57,930 nt of DNA from Minisyncoccota bacterium (GCA_020059915.1 JAGVBB010000002.1:128129-186058); one strand, 5' to 3'. Shown: positions 40,298-50,448, counted from the stretch's first letter. Numbers and translations are program-made. Notes: generated by a model not told the origin, from the sequence alone.

Positions 40298-42694
40298 ATG
40301 AAAAAATACGATTTTCAGAAAATTGATAAAAAATGGCAAAAAGAGTGGGGAGAAAAGAAACTTTATAAAGCTGAGGATTTTAGTACAAAAAAGAAATGGT
40401 ATTCGCTTGTTGAATTTCCATATCCATCGGGACAGGGTCTACATGTGGGCCATGTTCGTAGTTATACAGCACTTGATGTACTTTCGAGAAAAAGGAGAAT
40501 GGAGGGATATAATGTCCTGTATCCTATTGGATGGGATGCTTTTGGTCTTCCCACAGAAAACTATGCAGTCAAAACAGGCATCCATCCAGTTAAAGTTACT
40601 AAAGACAACACTGATACGTTTCGCAGGCAATTGAAGGCGATGGGTTTTTCTTTTGATTGGGAGAGAGAAATTAATACAACAGATCCAGAATATTATAAGT
40701 GGACACAGTGGATATTTTTGCAATTTTTTAAACATAACCTTGCATACAAGACGATCACTAAAATTAATTGGTGTCCAAGCTGTAAGATTGGCCTTGCAAA
40801 TGAGGAGGTAGTTTCTGGTTCTTGTGAGCGGTGTGGTTCTGGTGTTGAGGAAAAAGAAAAAGAGCAGTGGATGCTTAAGATTACCGCCTATGCTGACAAG
40901 CTGTTAGAAGGATTGGAATCAATTGACTACCTTCCAGAAATTAAAAGACAACAGGAAAATTGGATTGGCCGTTCTGAGGGTGCAGAGATTGATTTTCGAG
41001 TATCTGGAACCGACTCTATTTTAAAAGTTTTTACCACCAGGCCTGACACATTGTATGGTGCAACATATATGGTTGTTTCCCCAGAACATAAGATTATCTC
41101 TGAATTAAAAAATAGAATTTCTAATATAGAGGAAATTGAGTCGTATATTCTGAAAGCAAAAAAGAAAACAGAAGAAGAAAGAATTGAAAATAAAGAAAAA
41201 ACAGGAGTTGAAATAAAAGGTATAAAAGCAATAAATCCTGTAAATGACACTGAGATTCAAATATTTGTTGCTGACTATGTGCTTTCTGGATATGGGACAG
41301 GAGCAATCATGGCGGTGCCCGCACACGACGAAAGGGATTTTGAATTTGCAAAGAAATTTTCATTGCCAGTTATCGTTGTAATTTCAGATGGAAAAATAAG
41401 AGAACAACTTACAGGCGCTTATATTGGGACTGGGACGTTAATAAATTCTGGCCCATGTGATGGAATGGATATTGAAAAAGCAAAAGAAGAAATTATCAAA
41501 CGCGTACATGGAGTAAAAAAAGTTCAATACCACCTTCGTGATTGGGTATTTTCTCGTCAACGATATTGGGGTGAACCAATACCGGTAGTGAAATGTGAAC
41601 GATGTGGATATGTTGCTGTTCCCGAGAAAGATCTTCCTATTGAACTTCCTAATATAAAAGATTTCAAACCACGTGATGATGGCGAATCACCGCTTGCATC
41701 TGTTGAATCTTGGGTGCATACAACATGCCCAGCGTGTGGTGGTGCGGCGCGTCGTGAGACGGACGTGATGCCGAATTGGGCTGGATCGTCTTGGTATTTT
41801 TTGAGATATATTGATCCAAAAAATAAAGATATATTTGCAGATCCAAAAAAACTACAATACTGGATGCAGGTTGATTGGTACAACGGGGGTATGGAACACG
41901 TTACACTTCACCTTTTATATTCAAGATTTTGGAATCAGTTTCTTTTTGACATAGGCGTCGTTCCGACGTTAGAACCCTATACAAAACGAACAGCGCATGG
42001 GATGGTTTTGGGAGAGGGAGGAGTAAAGATGTCTAAATCACGGGGAAATGTTATCAACCCAGACGATGTGATAAAAGCATATGGAGCAGACACACTTCGT
42101 TTATATGAGATGTTTATGGGCCCATTTAATCAATCAATTTCTTGGGATTCAAAAAGTATTGAGGGTACATGGCGATTTTTAAATCGTGTATGGTCTATTG
42201 CACACGAAAAAAAGTTTGGCTCGGAGTGTGATAAAAAAGTTGAACAGATAATAGAAAAAACAGTAAAAAAAGTTGGAGAAGATATTGAAAAGATGGCATT
42301 TAATACCGCAATCAGTACTATGATGATTTGTGCGAATGAGTGTTATTCCGCAGAGGCAATTTCTCGAACCGCATGGGAAAAATATTTGAAAGTTTTAGCA
42401 CCGTTTGCTCCACATATAACAGAAGAATTATGGAGTGAACTAGGAAATGAAAAATCGTTACATATTTCATCATGGCCAGAATATGACCAAAAGAAAATAA
42501 TCGATGATACATTTACCCTTGTTATTCAGGTGAATGGAAAGACTCGGGCAACTATAGAAACAAATACCGGCATCTCTGAAAAGGACGCAAAAGAACTGGC
42601 TTTAAAACAAGAAAACGTTTCTCGAATTATCGAAGGACAGGAAATAAAGAAAGTAATATTTGTTTCCAACCGTCTCATAAATTTTGTAATATAA
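40298..42694 (+). CDS. leuS: Leucine--tRNA ligase
   Basis: FPYPSGQGLHVGH, GWDAFGLP, FTTRPDT, SRQRYWGEPIP, KMSKS. Confidence 0.98.
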   Translation: MKKYDFQKIDKKWQKEWGEKKLYKAEDFSTKKKWYSLVEFPYPSGQGLHVGHVRSYTALDVLSRKRRMEGYNVLYPIGWDAFGLPTENYAVKTGIHPVKVTKDNTDTFRRQLKAMGFSFDWEREINTTDPEYYKWTQWIFLQFFKHNLAYKTITKINWCPSCKIGLANEEVVSGSCERCGSGVEEKEKEQWMLKITAYADKLLEGLESIDYLPEIKRQQENWIGRSEGAEIDFRVSGTDSILKVFTTRPDTLYGATYMVVSPEHKIISELKNRISNIEEIESYILKAKKKTEEERIENKEKTGVEIKGIKAINPVNDTEIQIFVADYVLSGYGTGAIMAVPAHDERDFEFAKKFSLPVIVVISDGKIREQLTGAYIGTGTLINSGPCDGMDIEKAKEEIIKRVHGVKKVQYHLRDWVFSRQRYWGEPIPVVKCERCGYVAVPEKDLPIELPNIKDFKPRDDGESPLASVESWVHTTCPACGGAARRETDVMPNWAGSSWYFLRYIDPKNKDIFADPKKLQYWMQVDWYNGGMEHVTLHLLYSRFWNQFLFDIGVVPTLEPYTKRTAHGMVLGEGGVKMSKSRGNVINPDDVIKAYGADTLRLYEMFMGPFNQSISWDSKSIEGTWRFLNRVWSIAHEKKFGSECDKKVEQIIEKTVKKVGEDIEKMAFNTAISTMMICANECYSAEAISRTAWEKYLKVLAPFAPHITEELWSELGNEKSLHISSWPEYDQKKIIDDTFTLVIQVNGKTRATIETNTGISEKDAKELALKQENVSRIIEGQEIKKVIFVSNRLINFVI

Positions 42695-42700
42695 CTATAT

Positions 42701-43615
42701 ATGAAGAATATCCTTATTATTGTCTTTGTCCTCGGATTAGTACTCTTTGGTGCATCCCAAATATTTTCAGGCAAATCAAAACCTGGTGGGATTGCTTCAT
42801 TTTTCCAACCAGGATTTCTTGATGTATCGGGAACTGACGTTGGGCAAAAACCGGTTTCAGTCGGCCCAACAAGTGAAAATAAAGATGTTCAAGCAAAAAA
42901 AGAAGAAGAAAAACCAAAGGTGGAACCACCATTGGGATATGTTGAATCACAGCTTTCTCCATTTTATAAACAGATCCGCATTAATGGTGTTAATCCTCCA
43001 GATTATTTTGGGGACTATTCTTCTGAGCTTACTATTGCTACCGATAATTTAAAAAATCCAGCAGATATAACTGGTTGGACAATTCGTGCCAATCTTGGTG
43101 GATCAATTGAAATACCTCGCGCCGTTTCTGAATTTTCTCCATATGGATCAAATCCAGAAGGAAATATAATTTTGCGTCCCAGTGAATACGTTAGAGTATA
43201 TTCTTGGAAGAGTGCCAATGGAAAAAATTTCCGCCTTAATAAATGTACCGGATTTCTTAATCAGTCATACAAATTCTCACCCTCTCTTCCGGAGGACTGT
43301 CCGTCAATTGCACAAGATAAAAAAATTATAACGTTTACTGGTGCTTGTCAGGACTTTTTACGATCACTTCCATTATGCAAACTTCCTTCTCCAAGTGATT
43401 TAAACAGATTTACTGGGCCAAATGATATTGAGTGTCGAAGAATTGCTGACCAATATACTTATGGAAGTTGTTATGACACAAATCGGACAAAGACCGACTT
43501 TCTTTCTCGAGAATGGAGAGTTTGGTTGGGTGGGGCAATGCAGTTTGATCCCAAACATGATCGTTTAATTCTTTTTGACAAACAGGGGCTGGTTGTTGAT
43601 GAGTATGTATATTAA
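42701..43615 (+). CDS. Secreted Cys-rich hypothetical protein (lamin-tail-like domain)
   Basis: Signal/TM N-terminus, DITGWTI, FRLNKCTG, D.LILFDKQGLVVD. Confidence 0.7.
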   Translation: MKNILIIVFVLGLVLFGASQIFSGKSKPGGIASFFQPGFLDVSGTDVGQKPVSVGPTSENKDVQAKKEEEKPKVEPPLGYVESQLSPFYKQIRINGVNPPDYFGDYSSELTIATDNLKNPADITGWTIRANLGGSIEIPRAVSEFSPYGSNPEGNIILRPSEYVRVYSWKSANGKNFRLNKCTGFLNQSYKFSPSLPEDCPSIAQDKKIITFTGACQDFLRSLPLCKLPSPSDLNRFTGPNDIECRRIADQYTYGSCYDTNRTKTDFLSREWRVWLGGAMQFDPKHDRLILFDKQGLVVDEYVY

Positions 43616-43651
43616 AAAATCCCGCTAGTCCATGGGCTGGCGGGATTTTTT
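43614..43651. terminator. Bidirectional terminator
   Basis: AAAAAATCCCGCTAGTCCATGGGCTGGCGGGATTTTTT between convergent genes. Confidence 0.75.
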
Positions 43652-44697
43652 TATTTTCTTTCTTCTAGTGTGACCTGCTTTTCAATCTCTATGTCATTAC
43701 GGAGGACTGTAAGAGTAACCCTGTCTCCAATGCCATGATTTTCTAGGAAATCTTGAATTCCTTGAGTTTCTGTTATTGGGACCCCATTCCAAGTAAGTAA
43801 TATATCATTTTCTCTTAGTCCTGCTTTGTCCGCGGGACTACCGGGAGCAATTGCTATGTCTATGATATGTTCTTTTGTTATAAGCGCGCCATAGTCAGTT
43901 GGCATTTTCATTTTTTCTTTTATTGTTTTGTTAAGAATCAGGTATCTTACTCCAAACAATGGTCTTCGTATTTTTCCGTATTTTTTTAAATCCTTTAAAT
44001 CTCTTTTAGCAACATTTATTGGAATGGCAAAACTGATATTTTCCGCTTCTGCAACAACTGCTGCATTTATACCAACAACTCTTCCATAAATATTAACCAG
44101 TGGACCTCCAGAATTTCCTGGATTTATTGCGGCATCGGTCTGTATAAGTCCTCGCATTTCTTGAACGGGGGAATTTTCATTTTCTCGTGCTGATACTGCG
44201 CGAGAAAGCCCAGAGACGATTCCAGAAGAGACGGTATCTTTAAAAAGACCTAGTGCATTTCCAAACGCAAGAACGGTTTGTCCGAGCTCTACATGTGAAG
44301 AATCTCCCAGTTTTATAGAAGGGAGTTTCCTTGCTGGGTGTATTCTTAAAATTGCTATATCATCAACGGGATCTTTCGCAAGTAATTCCGCATCATACGT
44401 TTGGTTGTCATGTGTAGTAACAACATAAAGCACGTCTGATTCTTCGATAACGTGGCGATTGGTGAGTATGATACCCGATCCATCAATGATAAAACCACTG
44501 CCACCACCAATCTCAACAAGCCCCCGTTCATCTATTTTCTCCTCAGGAATTTCTATATGCGTTTTTTGGCGTATTGATTTCTGTTCTTCTTTCAGTTCCT
44601 TTTCAACAAGTTCTTTTGGTTTTTTCAAAACAATAGAAACCACTGAAGGCATTACCTTCTTTATTGTTCTTGTCGTTTGATTTTTTTCTTTCCACAT
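43651..44697 (-). CDS. HtrA/DegP-like trypsin serine protease with PDZ domain
   Basis: GSGFII, TNRHV, DIAIL, QTDAAINPGNSGGPL, GSPADKAGL. Confidence 0.93.
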   Translation of the reverse strand: MWKEKNQTTRTIKKVMPSVVSIVLKKPKELVEKELKEEQKSIRQKTHIEIPEEKIDERGLVEIGGGSGFIIDGSGIILTNRHVIEESDVLYVVTTHDNQTYDAELLAKDPVDDIAILRIHPARKLPSIKLGDSSHVELGQTVLAFGNALGLFKDTVSSGIVSGLSRAVSARENENSPVQEMRGLIQTDAAINPGNSGGPLVNIYGRVVGINAAVVAEAENISFAIPINVAKRDLKDLKKYGKIRRPLFGVRYLILNKTIKEKMKMPTDYGALITKEHIIDIAIAPGSPADKAGLRENDILLTWNGVPITETQGIQDFLENHGIGDRVTLTVLRNDIEIEKQVTLEERK

Positions 44698-44717
44698 GTC
44701 TTCTTTACTTTATTGTA

Positions 44718-45422
44718 TCAAACGTTGAACGTGAAATACATTCTAAAAAAATGATAAAAATATTTTAACGAGAGAATAATAAATCCTTCAGACCTAAATC
44801 TTCTATCAGAACTTTTTATTTTTATCTTTCTTGTGAATACTACTTTTTCTCCGACCGCCATAAGCATCATACTAATTGCCGTATCATCTCCCCAAAAAGG
44901 AATTTCTGGAAATTTTTTTATTTTTTCTATTGCTTTTCTCCGAACCGCAAAGTTTCCCCCCATAAACGCAGAAACCGGCTTTCTCAGTAAAAAACTTATT
45001 ATTGGTCCAATAATTTCAAATCCAATTTCATAAACAAAAAAAGAAATTATTTTTTTTATTCCTCTAAATCCATATTCATAAGGTCCGGATATTGCGCCTA
45101 TTGTGGTGTCGCGCAATATGTTATCTATACGAGAAAGCCAGTGCGCATCTGGTTCTGTATCTGCATCAATAAAAATGAGTATTTCGCCACTACTAACCGT
45201 TATTCCTTTATTTCTTGCAGAATTCGTTCCTCGTTTTTCTTCGTAGACGACAATATCTGCACCTGTCTGTTTTGCTATGTCGATTGATTTATCTGTAGAT
45301 CCATTGTCAACAACAATAATTTCAAATTCCTCTCTCAAAAAATCTTGAACAGCAACAGAATGCACTGATCTACGGATGTAATATTCTTCATTTAAGACGG
45401 GAATGATAATTGAATATTTCAT
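44718..45422 (-). CDS. Glycosyltransferase family 2
   Basis: SIIIPVLNEE, VVDNGSTD, ARNKG, FIDAD. Confidence 0.92.
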   Translation of the reverse strand: MKYSIIIPVLNEEYYIRRSVHSVAVQDFLREEFEIIVVDNGSTDKSIDIAKQTGADIVVYEEKRGTNSARNKGITVSSGEILIFIDADTEPDAHWLSRIDNILRDTTIGAISGPYEYGFRGIKKIISFFVYEIGFEIIGPIISFLLRKPVSAFMGGNFAVRRKAIEKIKKFPEIPFWGDDTAISMMLMAVGEKVVFTRKIKIKSSDRRFRSEGFIILSLKYFYHFFRMYFTFNV

Positions 45423-45483
45423 TGTATAATATAAGCATATTACTGTTTTTTAGTTATAAAAACAAAATTTTCTATTAGTATTT

Positions 45484-46161
45484 ATGTTTTTAAAAATTGC
45501 CCACCGTGGCGCATCAAAAAAAGAACCAGAAAATACACTTCGGTCGTTTCGACGCGCCCTCTCGTTAGGGTCTACATTTATAGAGTGTGATGTTCATATA
45601 TGCAAAACGGGAGAATTAGTAGTAATGCACGATGAAACGGTGGATAGAACAACAAATGGAAGGGGGAAGATACACAATAAAACATATCAAGAACTTCTTG
45701 CTCTTGATGATGGAGTTGGTGAGCATGTTCCGAGGTTACAAGAAGTTATTGAGCTGGTTCACAACAAAGCAAGAATCAATATTGAATTAAAAGGAAGGGG
45801 AACCGGACACGTACTTGCATATACACTTGCTGCATATTATTCGGCGGGATGGAAACTTGGGGATTTTTTTATTTCCTCATTTTCAAGGAGAGAACTTCGT
45901 GCTTTTAGAAAACTAGATAGAGAGACACCGGTTGGATATTTATTGACTGTAAATATGTTTGGAGCGATTCATTTTGCAAAAAAAATAAATGCATATTCTG
46001 TTAATCCTAATGTTCATCGAGTAACTAAACATTTTGTTAATAAAGCACACAAGAATAATCTAAAAGTTTTTGTCTATACCGTTGATACTCCAGAGCAGGC
46101 AAAAAAAATGAAGGAAATGGGAGTTGATGGGGTATTTTCTGATTGTCCAGAAGAGATATAG
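45484..46161 (+). CDS. Glycerophosphodiester phosphodiesterase
   Basis: IAHRGAS...PENT, ECDVH, HDETVDRTTNG, NIELK, GVDGVFSD. Confidence 0.93.
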   Translation: MFLKIAHRGASKKEPENTLRSFRRALSLGSTFIECDVHICKTGELVVMHDETVDRTTNGRGKIHNKTYQELLALDDGVGEHVPRLQEVIELVHNKARINIELKGRGTGHVLAYTLAAYYSAGWKLGDFFISSFSRRELRAFRKLDRETPVGYLLTVNMFGAIHFAKKINAYSVNPNVHRVTKHFVNKAHKNNLKVFVYTVDTPEQAKKMKEMGVDGVFSDCPEEI

Positions 46162-46197
46162 TTCCCAAATACAGGTTCTTTATATATACTGGAGTAA

Positions 46198-47478
46198 ATG
46201 TTTTGGAGAAGACATCAAATGGGGAAACTTGGTTCTGCCGCAAAAGTAGGATTTTTTTTAGCAACAAGACAAATCAAGCGGGCAAGTATCTGGACTAATG
46301 TGCTTGTGGTGTGCGTTATGGTTCTTACATTTCTCAACCTTGTTGTAGTAAGTGGTATTCTTGTTGGATTAATTGAGGGCGCAACACAAGCGGTTCAAAA
46401 ACACTATATAGGCGATGTGTTTATAACGCCGTTAAAAGAAAAAAATTATATTGAACGCAGTTCTATAATTATGAAAACCATCAGAAGTATTCCTGGTGTG
46501 TCTGCGGTTTCTGGGCGATATATAAGTTCTGGAAACGTCGAAGCAGAATATAAAAAAGCAAAGAAAAATTCAAACGATAAAGGAAATGAGGTGAGCACTA
46601 CCTTTGTGGGCATAGACCCGATTGATGAAGATGCGGTTTCTGGATTGTCTCGTTTGGTTATTGAGGGGGAATACTTAAATAGAAATGATTATGACCGAGT
46701 ACTTGTGGGGGGGATGTTATTAAAAAAATATTTGGACTATGACTCCACTACATTTCCTGCGCTTTCTAATATAAATGTTGGTGACAAAATTCGTATAACG
46801 GTAAATGGAAATGTTCGTGAGGTTTTTGTTAAGGGAATTACGAAAAGTAAGGTTGATGAAATCGACAGAAGAATATTCTTTGTTGATTCCCAATTTCGTG
46901 GTTTGGTGGGGAGAGATGATTACAATCTTGGTGAAATTTCTATTGTTACAAAACAAGGTGTTTCCCCCTTTGTTGTGAAACAAGCGCTTCTCGCAAATCA
47001 TTTTGATGACTATTCGTCTATAAAAGCGGGGAACGAGGCAGAGCCAAAGTTTATACAAGATCTTAGGAATACATTTTCGATGCTTGGCACGGCTATTAGT
47101 TCTATTGGACTGATTGTCGCCGCAATAACCATCTTCATTGTTATTTTTATTAATGCGGTAACAAGAAGAAAATTTATAGGAATTTTAAAGGGGATAGGAA
47201 TTCGACCAGTTACTATAGAATGGGCATATATATTCCAAGCATTTTTTTATGCGACCGCAGGAACAATAATAGGATTAGTTATTGTGTTTGGAATTTTAAA
47301 GCCATATTTTGATGCAAATCCAATAAATTTTCCATTTAGTGATGGCATACTCGTTGCGACTGCCAGTGGGACACTTATACGGATTGCGGTGCTTTTTTTA
47401 GCAACGCTTATTGCGGGATATATTCCTGTAAAAATTATAACAAGACAAAATACACTTGATGCGATATTAAACCGATAA
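46198..47478 (+). CDS. ABC transporter permease (FtsX/MacB/LolE-like)
   Basis: TM1, large extracytoplasmic domain, 3 C-terminal TMs, RRKFIGILKGIG. Confidence 0.88.
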   Translation: MFWRRHQMGKLGSAAKVGFFLATRQIKRASIWTNVLVVCVMVLTFLNLVVVSGILVGLIEGATQAVQKHYIGDVFITPLKEKNYIERSSIIMKTIRSIPGVSAVSGRYISSGNVEAEYKKAKKNSNDKGNEVSTTFVGIDPIDEDAVSGLSRLVIEGEYLNRNDYDRVLVGGMLLKKYLDYDSTTFPALSNINVGDKIRITVNGNVREVFVKGITKSKVDEIDRRIFFVDSQFRGLVGRDDYNLGEISIVTKQGVSPFVVKQALLANHFDDYSSIKAGNEAEPKFIQDLRNTFSMLGTAISSIGLIVAAITIFIVIFINAVTRRKFIGILKGIGIRPVTIEWAYIFQAFFYATAGTIIGLVIVFGILKPYFDANPINFPFSDGILVATASGTLIRIAVLFLATLIAGYIPVKIITRQNTLDAILNR

Positions 47479-47480
47479 CT

Positions 47481-48155
47481 ATGATAGAAGCAAAAAAAAT
47501 AGTAAAAAAATTCAAAAGTGGAAGTTCGGAAATTACTGTCTTGAAGGGAGTTGATTTTTTTGTGAAGGATGGGGAATTTATTTCCATTATCGGTCGTTCC
47601 GGATCGGGAAAGAGTACGTTGATGTATCAATTAAGTTTACTCGATAGGCCAACCTCTGGTTCTATTGAAATTGGGGGGAAGAGTGCGGATATGTTGAGTG
47701 ATAAAGAAAGAACAATTTTTAGATTATTCGAGTTGGGATATGTATTTCAAGATTATGCACTTATTCCTGAGCTTAATGCCATAGAAAATGTTATGATTCC
47801 ACTTTTGGAACAAGGAATAAATAAGTTTGACGCAAAAAAAATATCCGCAAAAGTTTTGGACCGCGTTGAATTAAGTGATAAGTACAATAATCTTCCCAAC
47901 CAGCTTTCTGGTGGTGAGCAACAAAGGGTTTCTATTGCGCGAGCAATGGGACATAGGCCAAAAATATTATTTGCAGACGAACCAACTGCAAACTTAGATA
48001 ACGATACATCGTTATCAATTCTTAAAACATTCAAAGAACTTCACGCAGATGGTCAAACAATTATTATGGTTACTCATGAACCAGAATATGTTCAATATAC
48101 TGACCGAGTAGTTACTTTATTTGATGGAGAGATTGTGAGAAATGAAAAAAACTAG
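47481..48155 (+). CDS. ABC transporter ATP-binding protein (LolD-like)
   Basis: GRSGSGKST, LSGGEQQRV, FADEPT, VTHE. Confidence 0.95.
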   Translation: MIEAKKIVKKFKSGSSEITVLKGVDFFVKDGEFISIIGRSGSGKSTLMYQLSLLDRPTSGSIEIGGKSADMLSDKERTIFRLFELGYVFQDYALIPELNAIENVMIPLLEQGINKFDAKKISAKVLDRVELSDKYNNLPNQLSGGEQQRVSIARAMGHRPKILFADEPTANLDNDTSLSILKTFKELHADGQTIIMVTHEPEYVQYTDRVVTLFDGEIVRNEKN

Positions 48156-48353
48156 GACTACTAATTGTCAATTTTGAAAAAGTATGTGCGGTGTGCTCGC
48201 GTTAAGTGCCCACCAGTTTCAATCAGTATAAGGGTTTCTTGGGTTTTTTACATGCCGAAATTTCAGAGGCTCGCATCGGGGTCAAAATGAGACATGAGAC
48301 AAAAAACACACAATTGCGCATCGTGTGTTTCTGTTCTTTTTGGGACTCAATAG

Positions 48354-48896
48354 CTATTCAATGTCTTTTATCGTATTAACCACCTCTAGGTGTTCTGGGT
48401 TTATCCTGTTGTAGTCAATAACATAGTTTCCGTTTTTTCGTGTGACAAAGATGAAGTCAATATCAATTCCCAAACCAGTCGATGCAGTTAAATGTTCTTT
48501 AGTAATTTGTCCGTTATCAAAGATTTTTTCTCGTCCTGTTATCTTCTCATATGGGAGGTCTTCCTTATTGTATTCTTGTATAAAAGCTTCAATGTCTCCA
48601 GAAAATGGTTTTATAAAAAGTCCACTTCCACCCTCCGCATATTTTGGATTATATCGCTGTTCGCCTGCAAAAATCGTGCCGTTCTTTTCACTTACAACAA
48701 GTGGGTCTGAATACTGAAATTCAACTCCTAGATTCTCACTTTTATAGGTTTTTAGTGTAGAGCTTGCTTCTGTATTTATTGGCTGGTTATCTGTTATAGC
48801 ATCTTGTTTGTCTATTGAGTTGTTTGTGTATATAAAATATCCAACTCCAAGAACAACAATTCCAATTATTGGAATAAGAGCTTTAATTGGTTTCAT
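48354..48896 (-). CDS. Hypothetical membrane-anchored secreted protein
   Basis: Start MKPIKALIPIIGIVVLG at 48896; TYKSENLGVEFQY motif typical of CPR surface proteins. Confidence 0.7.
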   Translation of the reverse strand: MKPIKALIPIIGIVVLGVGYFIYTNNSIDKQDAITDNQPINTEASSTLKTYKSENLGVEFQYSDPLVVSEKNGTIFAGEQRYNPKYAEGGSGLFIKPFSGDIEAFIQEYNKEDLPYEKITGREKIFDNGQITKEHLTASTGLGIDIDFIFVTRKNGNYVIDYNRINPEHLEVVNTIKDIE

Positions 48897-49041
48897 TCTC
48901 AAAAAATAGCATTTTCTAGGAATATATACAAATTTATTGACAGATAACGGATTGTGCCGAAACGCAAACAAATCTGTATGTGCTTGCCCCACCCTCCCGT
49001 GCGCACACAGAAAACCACTCGCTAACACGAGTGGCTCCCGA

Positions 49042-49509
49042 TTATGAAAACAATAGAATAGTAAATACGAGAATACCAAACCCTACAGCAAGTAGATTGT
49101 AGGAATTTTCAAAGAATTTTCCTTCAGAACCCTTTTGTCCAGATTTTTTCCATTCTTTCGGATAAATAGATTCTTTTTCTTCATTAAAAAACGCCTCTTC
49201 GTAAAATCCCAATGCGTTTTCAATTTTTGCCAGTATTTTTCTTTGATTGTTAAACCCTTTCTCTAAATCGGCAAAATAATATTTCCTTATGACAAGCCAA
49301 ACAATCAGAACAAAAATTGCTAATGCAATTTTTTGGATTTTATCAAAACATATATTTGATTGAAAAATATATCCAGACGAAGCAAGAAGTAGCCCGAGTA
49401 TCCAAAGAGATACAGTTTGCACTCTCTCACGAATAGTATGCACAGAAGCGTTGCGCTCTTGGAGCGCCTGTATCAAAATATCAAGTTTTTGTTGATCATT
49501 CATTTTCAT
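49042..49509 (-). CDS. 3-TM membrane protein, putative CBASS effector
   Basis: Starts 3 nt downstream of the CD-NTase stop; two TMs, a soluble loop and a C-terminal TM. Confidence 0.7.
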   Translation of the reverse strand: MKMNDQQKLDILIQALQERNASVHTIRERVQTVSLWILGLLLASSGYIFQSNICFDKIQKIALAIFVLIVWLVIRKYYFADLEKGFNNQRKILAKIENALGFYEEAFFNEEKESIYPKEWKKSGQKGSEGKFFENSYNLLAVGFGILVFTILLFS

Positions 49510-49512
49510 ATT

Positions 49513-50391
49513 TTAGTTAATCAACGCATAAACTTTTGCAACAAAATCTTTCGCTTGATCGTGGGTTCTTTTGGTTTGTCCCTTAAATAACCACATTAGA
49601 TCGCTAACCTCAGCATATTCATTTGCCTTTGCGGTATTACCCATATCATTCCAAATTTCTACAATAACCGCATTTACAGCGTCTTTATGGTTATTTTTAT
49701 TGAAATGATGATGGGGAATATTCCACACCAGACACTCAACAAAGAATGAAGGCATGGCATCTGTGGCAAGCTGACCAGAATCAATCATGTGATTTCGGCA
49801 ATTTTTAATCATACGAACGACCTTTTTATACACCTCATTTGTGTCGCTATGCTTTTGCACACCGTTTTCGTGGTGTTGTTTCGGAAAACTCCTTACATCA
49901 TCGCCAGAATCAGAAAGTAATTTTATACCTTCGGCCTCAACCGTTGTGGCAGTTCTGAATCTTTTAAAAACGAAACATGGGATTACATCGGTGTTTACGC
50001 GATAGGTATTAGCGTTTATCCTTATGCACTTATTTTTTCTTTCAACATATCCTGGAAATTTGCTCTTGAGCAAATTCTCAACCTCATTTTTGAATTGAAC
50101 AAATGTATAAGAGCTATCACTGTAGATACTTTTATGGAGCGCCTTATCTTGAGGAGTGAGGTTAGAAATTTCTGGAAAGAACGCGTCTTTATAGCAAACC
50201 ACAATATCAACATCACTATCTTGCCTAACATTTGTTTTGTTTTTATATGACCCCTGCAAAAATACCTCCACTTTTGAGCCAAAATGGTCTTCAAGGATTT
50301 TTCTTATTGAGGCAACAGTTGCAACACACTTGGCATTTTCAGTGTCGGTTAGAGGTCTTGCCCAATTTTGGAGTTGTTGTTCCGTAATCAT
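49513..50391 (-). CDS. CD-NTase (cGAS/DncV-like nucleotidyltransferase, CdnE-like), CBASS cyclase
   Basis: LQGSYKNKTNVRQDSDVDIVV, DVIPC, EGI, FPKQHHENGVQK...YKKVVRMIKN, PSFFVECLVWN. Confidence 0.9.
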   Translation of the reverse strand: MITEQQLQNWARPLTDTENAKCVATVASIRKILEDHFGSKVEVFLQGSYKNKTNVRQDSDVDIVVCYKDAFFPEISNLTPQDKALHKSIYSDSSYTFVQFKNEVENLLKSKFPGYVERKNKCIRINANTYRVNTDVIPCFVFKRFRTATTVEAEGIKLLSDSGDDVRSFPKQHHENGVQKHSDTNEVYKKVVRMIKNCRNHMIDSGQLATDAMPSFFVECLVWNIPHHHFNKNNHKDAVNAVIVEIWNDMGNTAKANEYAEVSDLMWLFKGQTKRTHDQAKDFVAKVYALIN

Positions 50392-50405
50392 AGAAAGTTG
50401 TGAAT

Positions 50406-50442
50406 ATTTAGATTTGTGTATTTTCTAAATCTTTTCTATAAT
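50406..50442. promoter_or_regulatory. Divergent promoter with palindrome ATTTAGA-N11-TCTAAAT
   Basis: Inverted repeat 50406-50430 over the -35 region; TATAAT at 50437-50442, 6 nt before ATG 50449. Confidence 0.55.
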
Positions 50443-50448
50443 ACTACT

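Noticed and set aside
48156-49041. attL/attR duplicate of the tRNA-Ser 3' end at the island's far boundary, or a prophage
   Set aside because: No TGGCGGAGGG-like copy was found by eye, and there are no integrase or phage structural genes.
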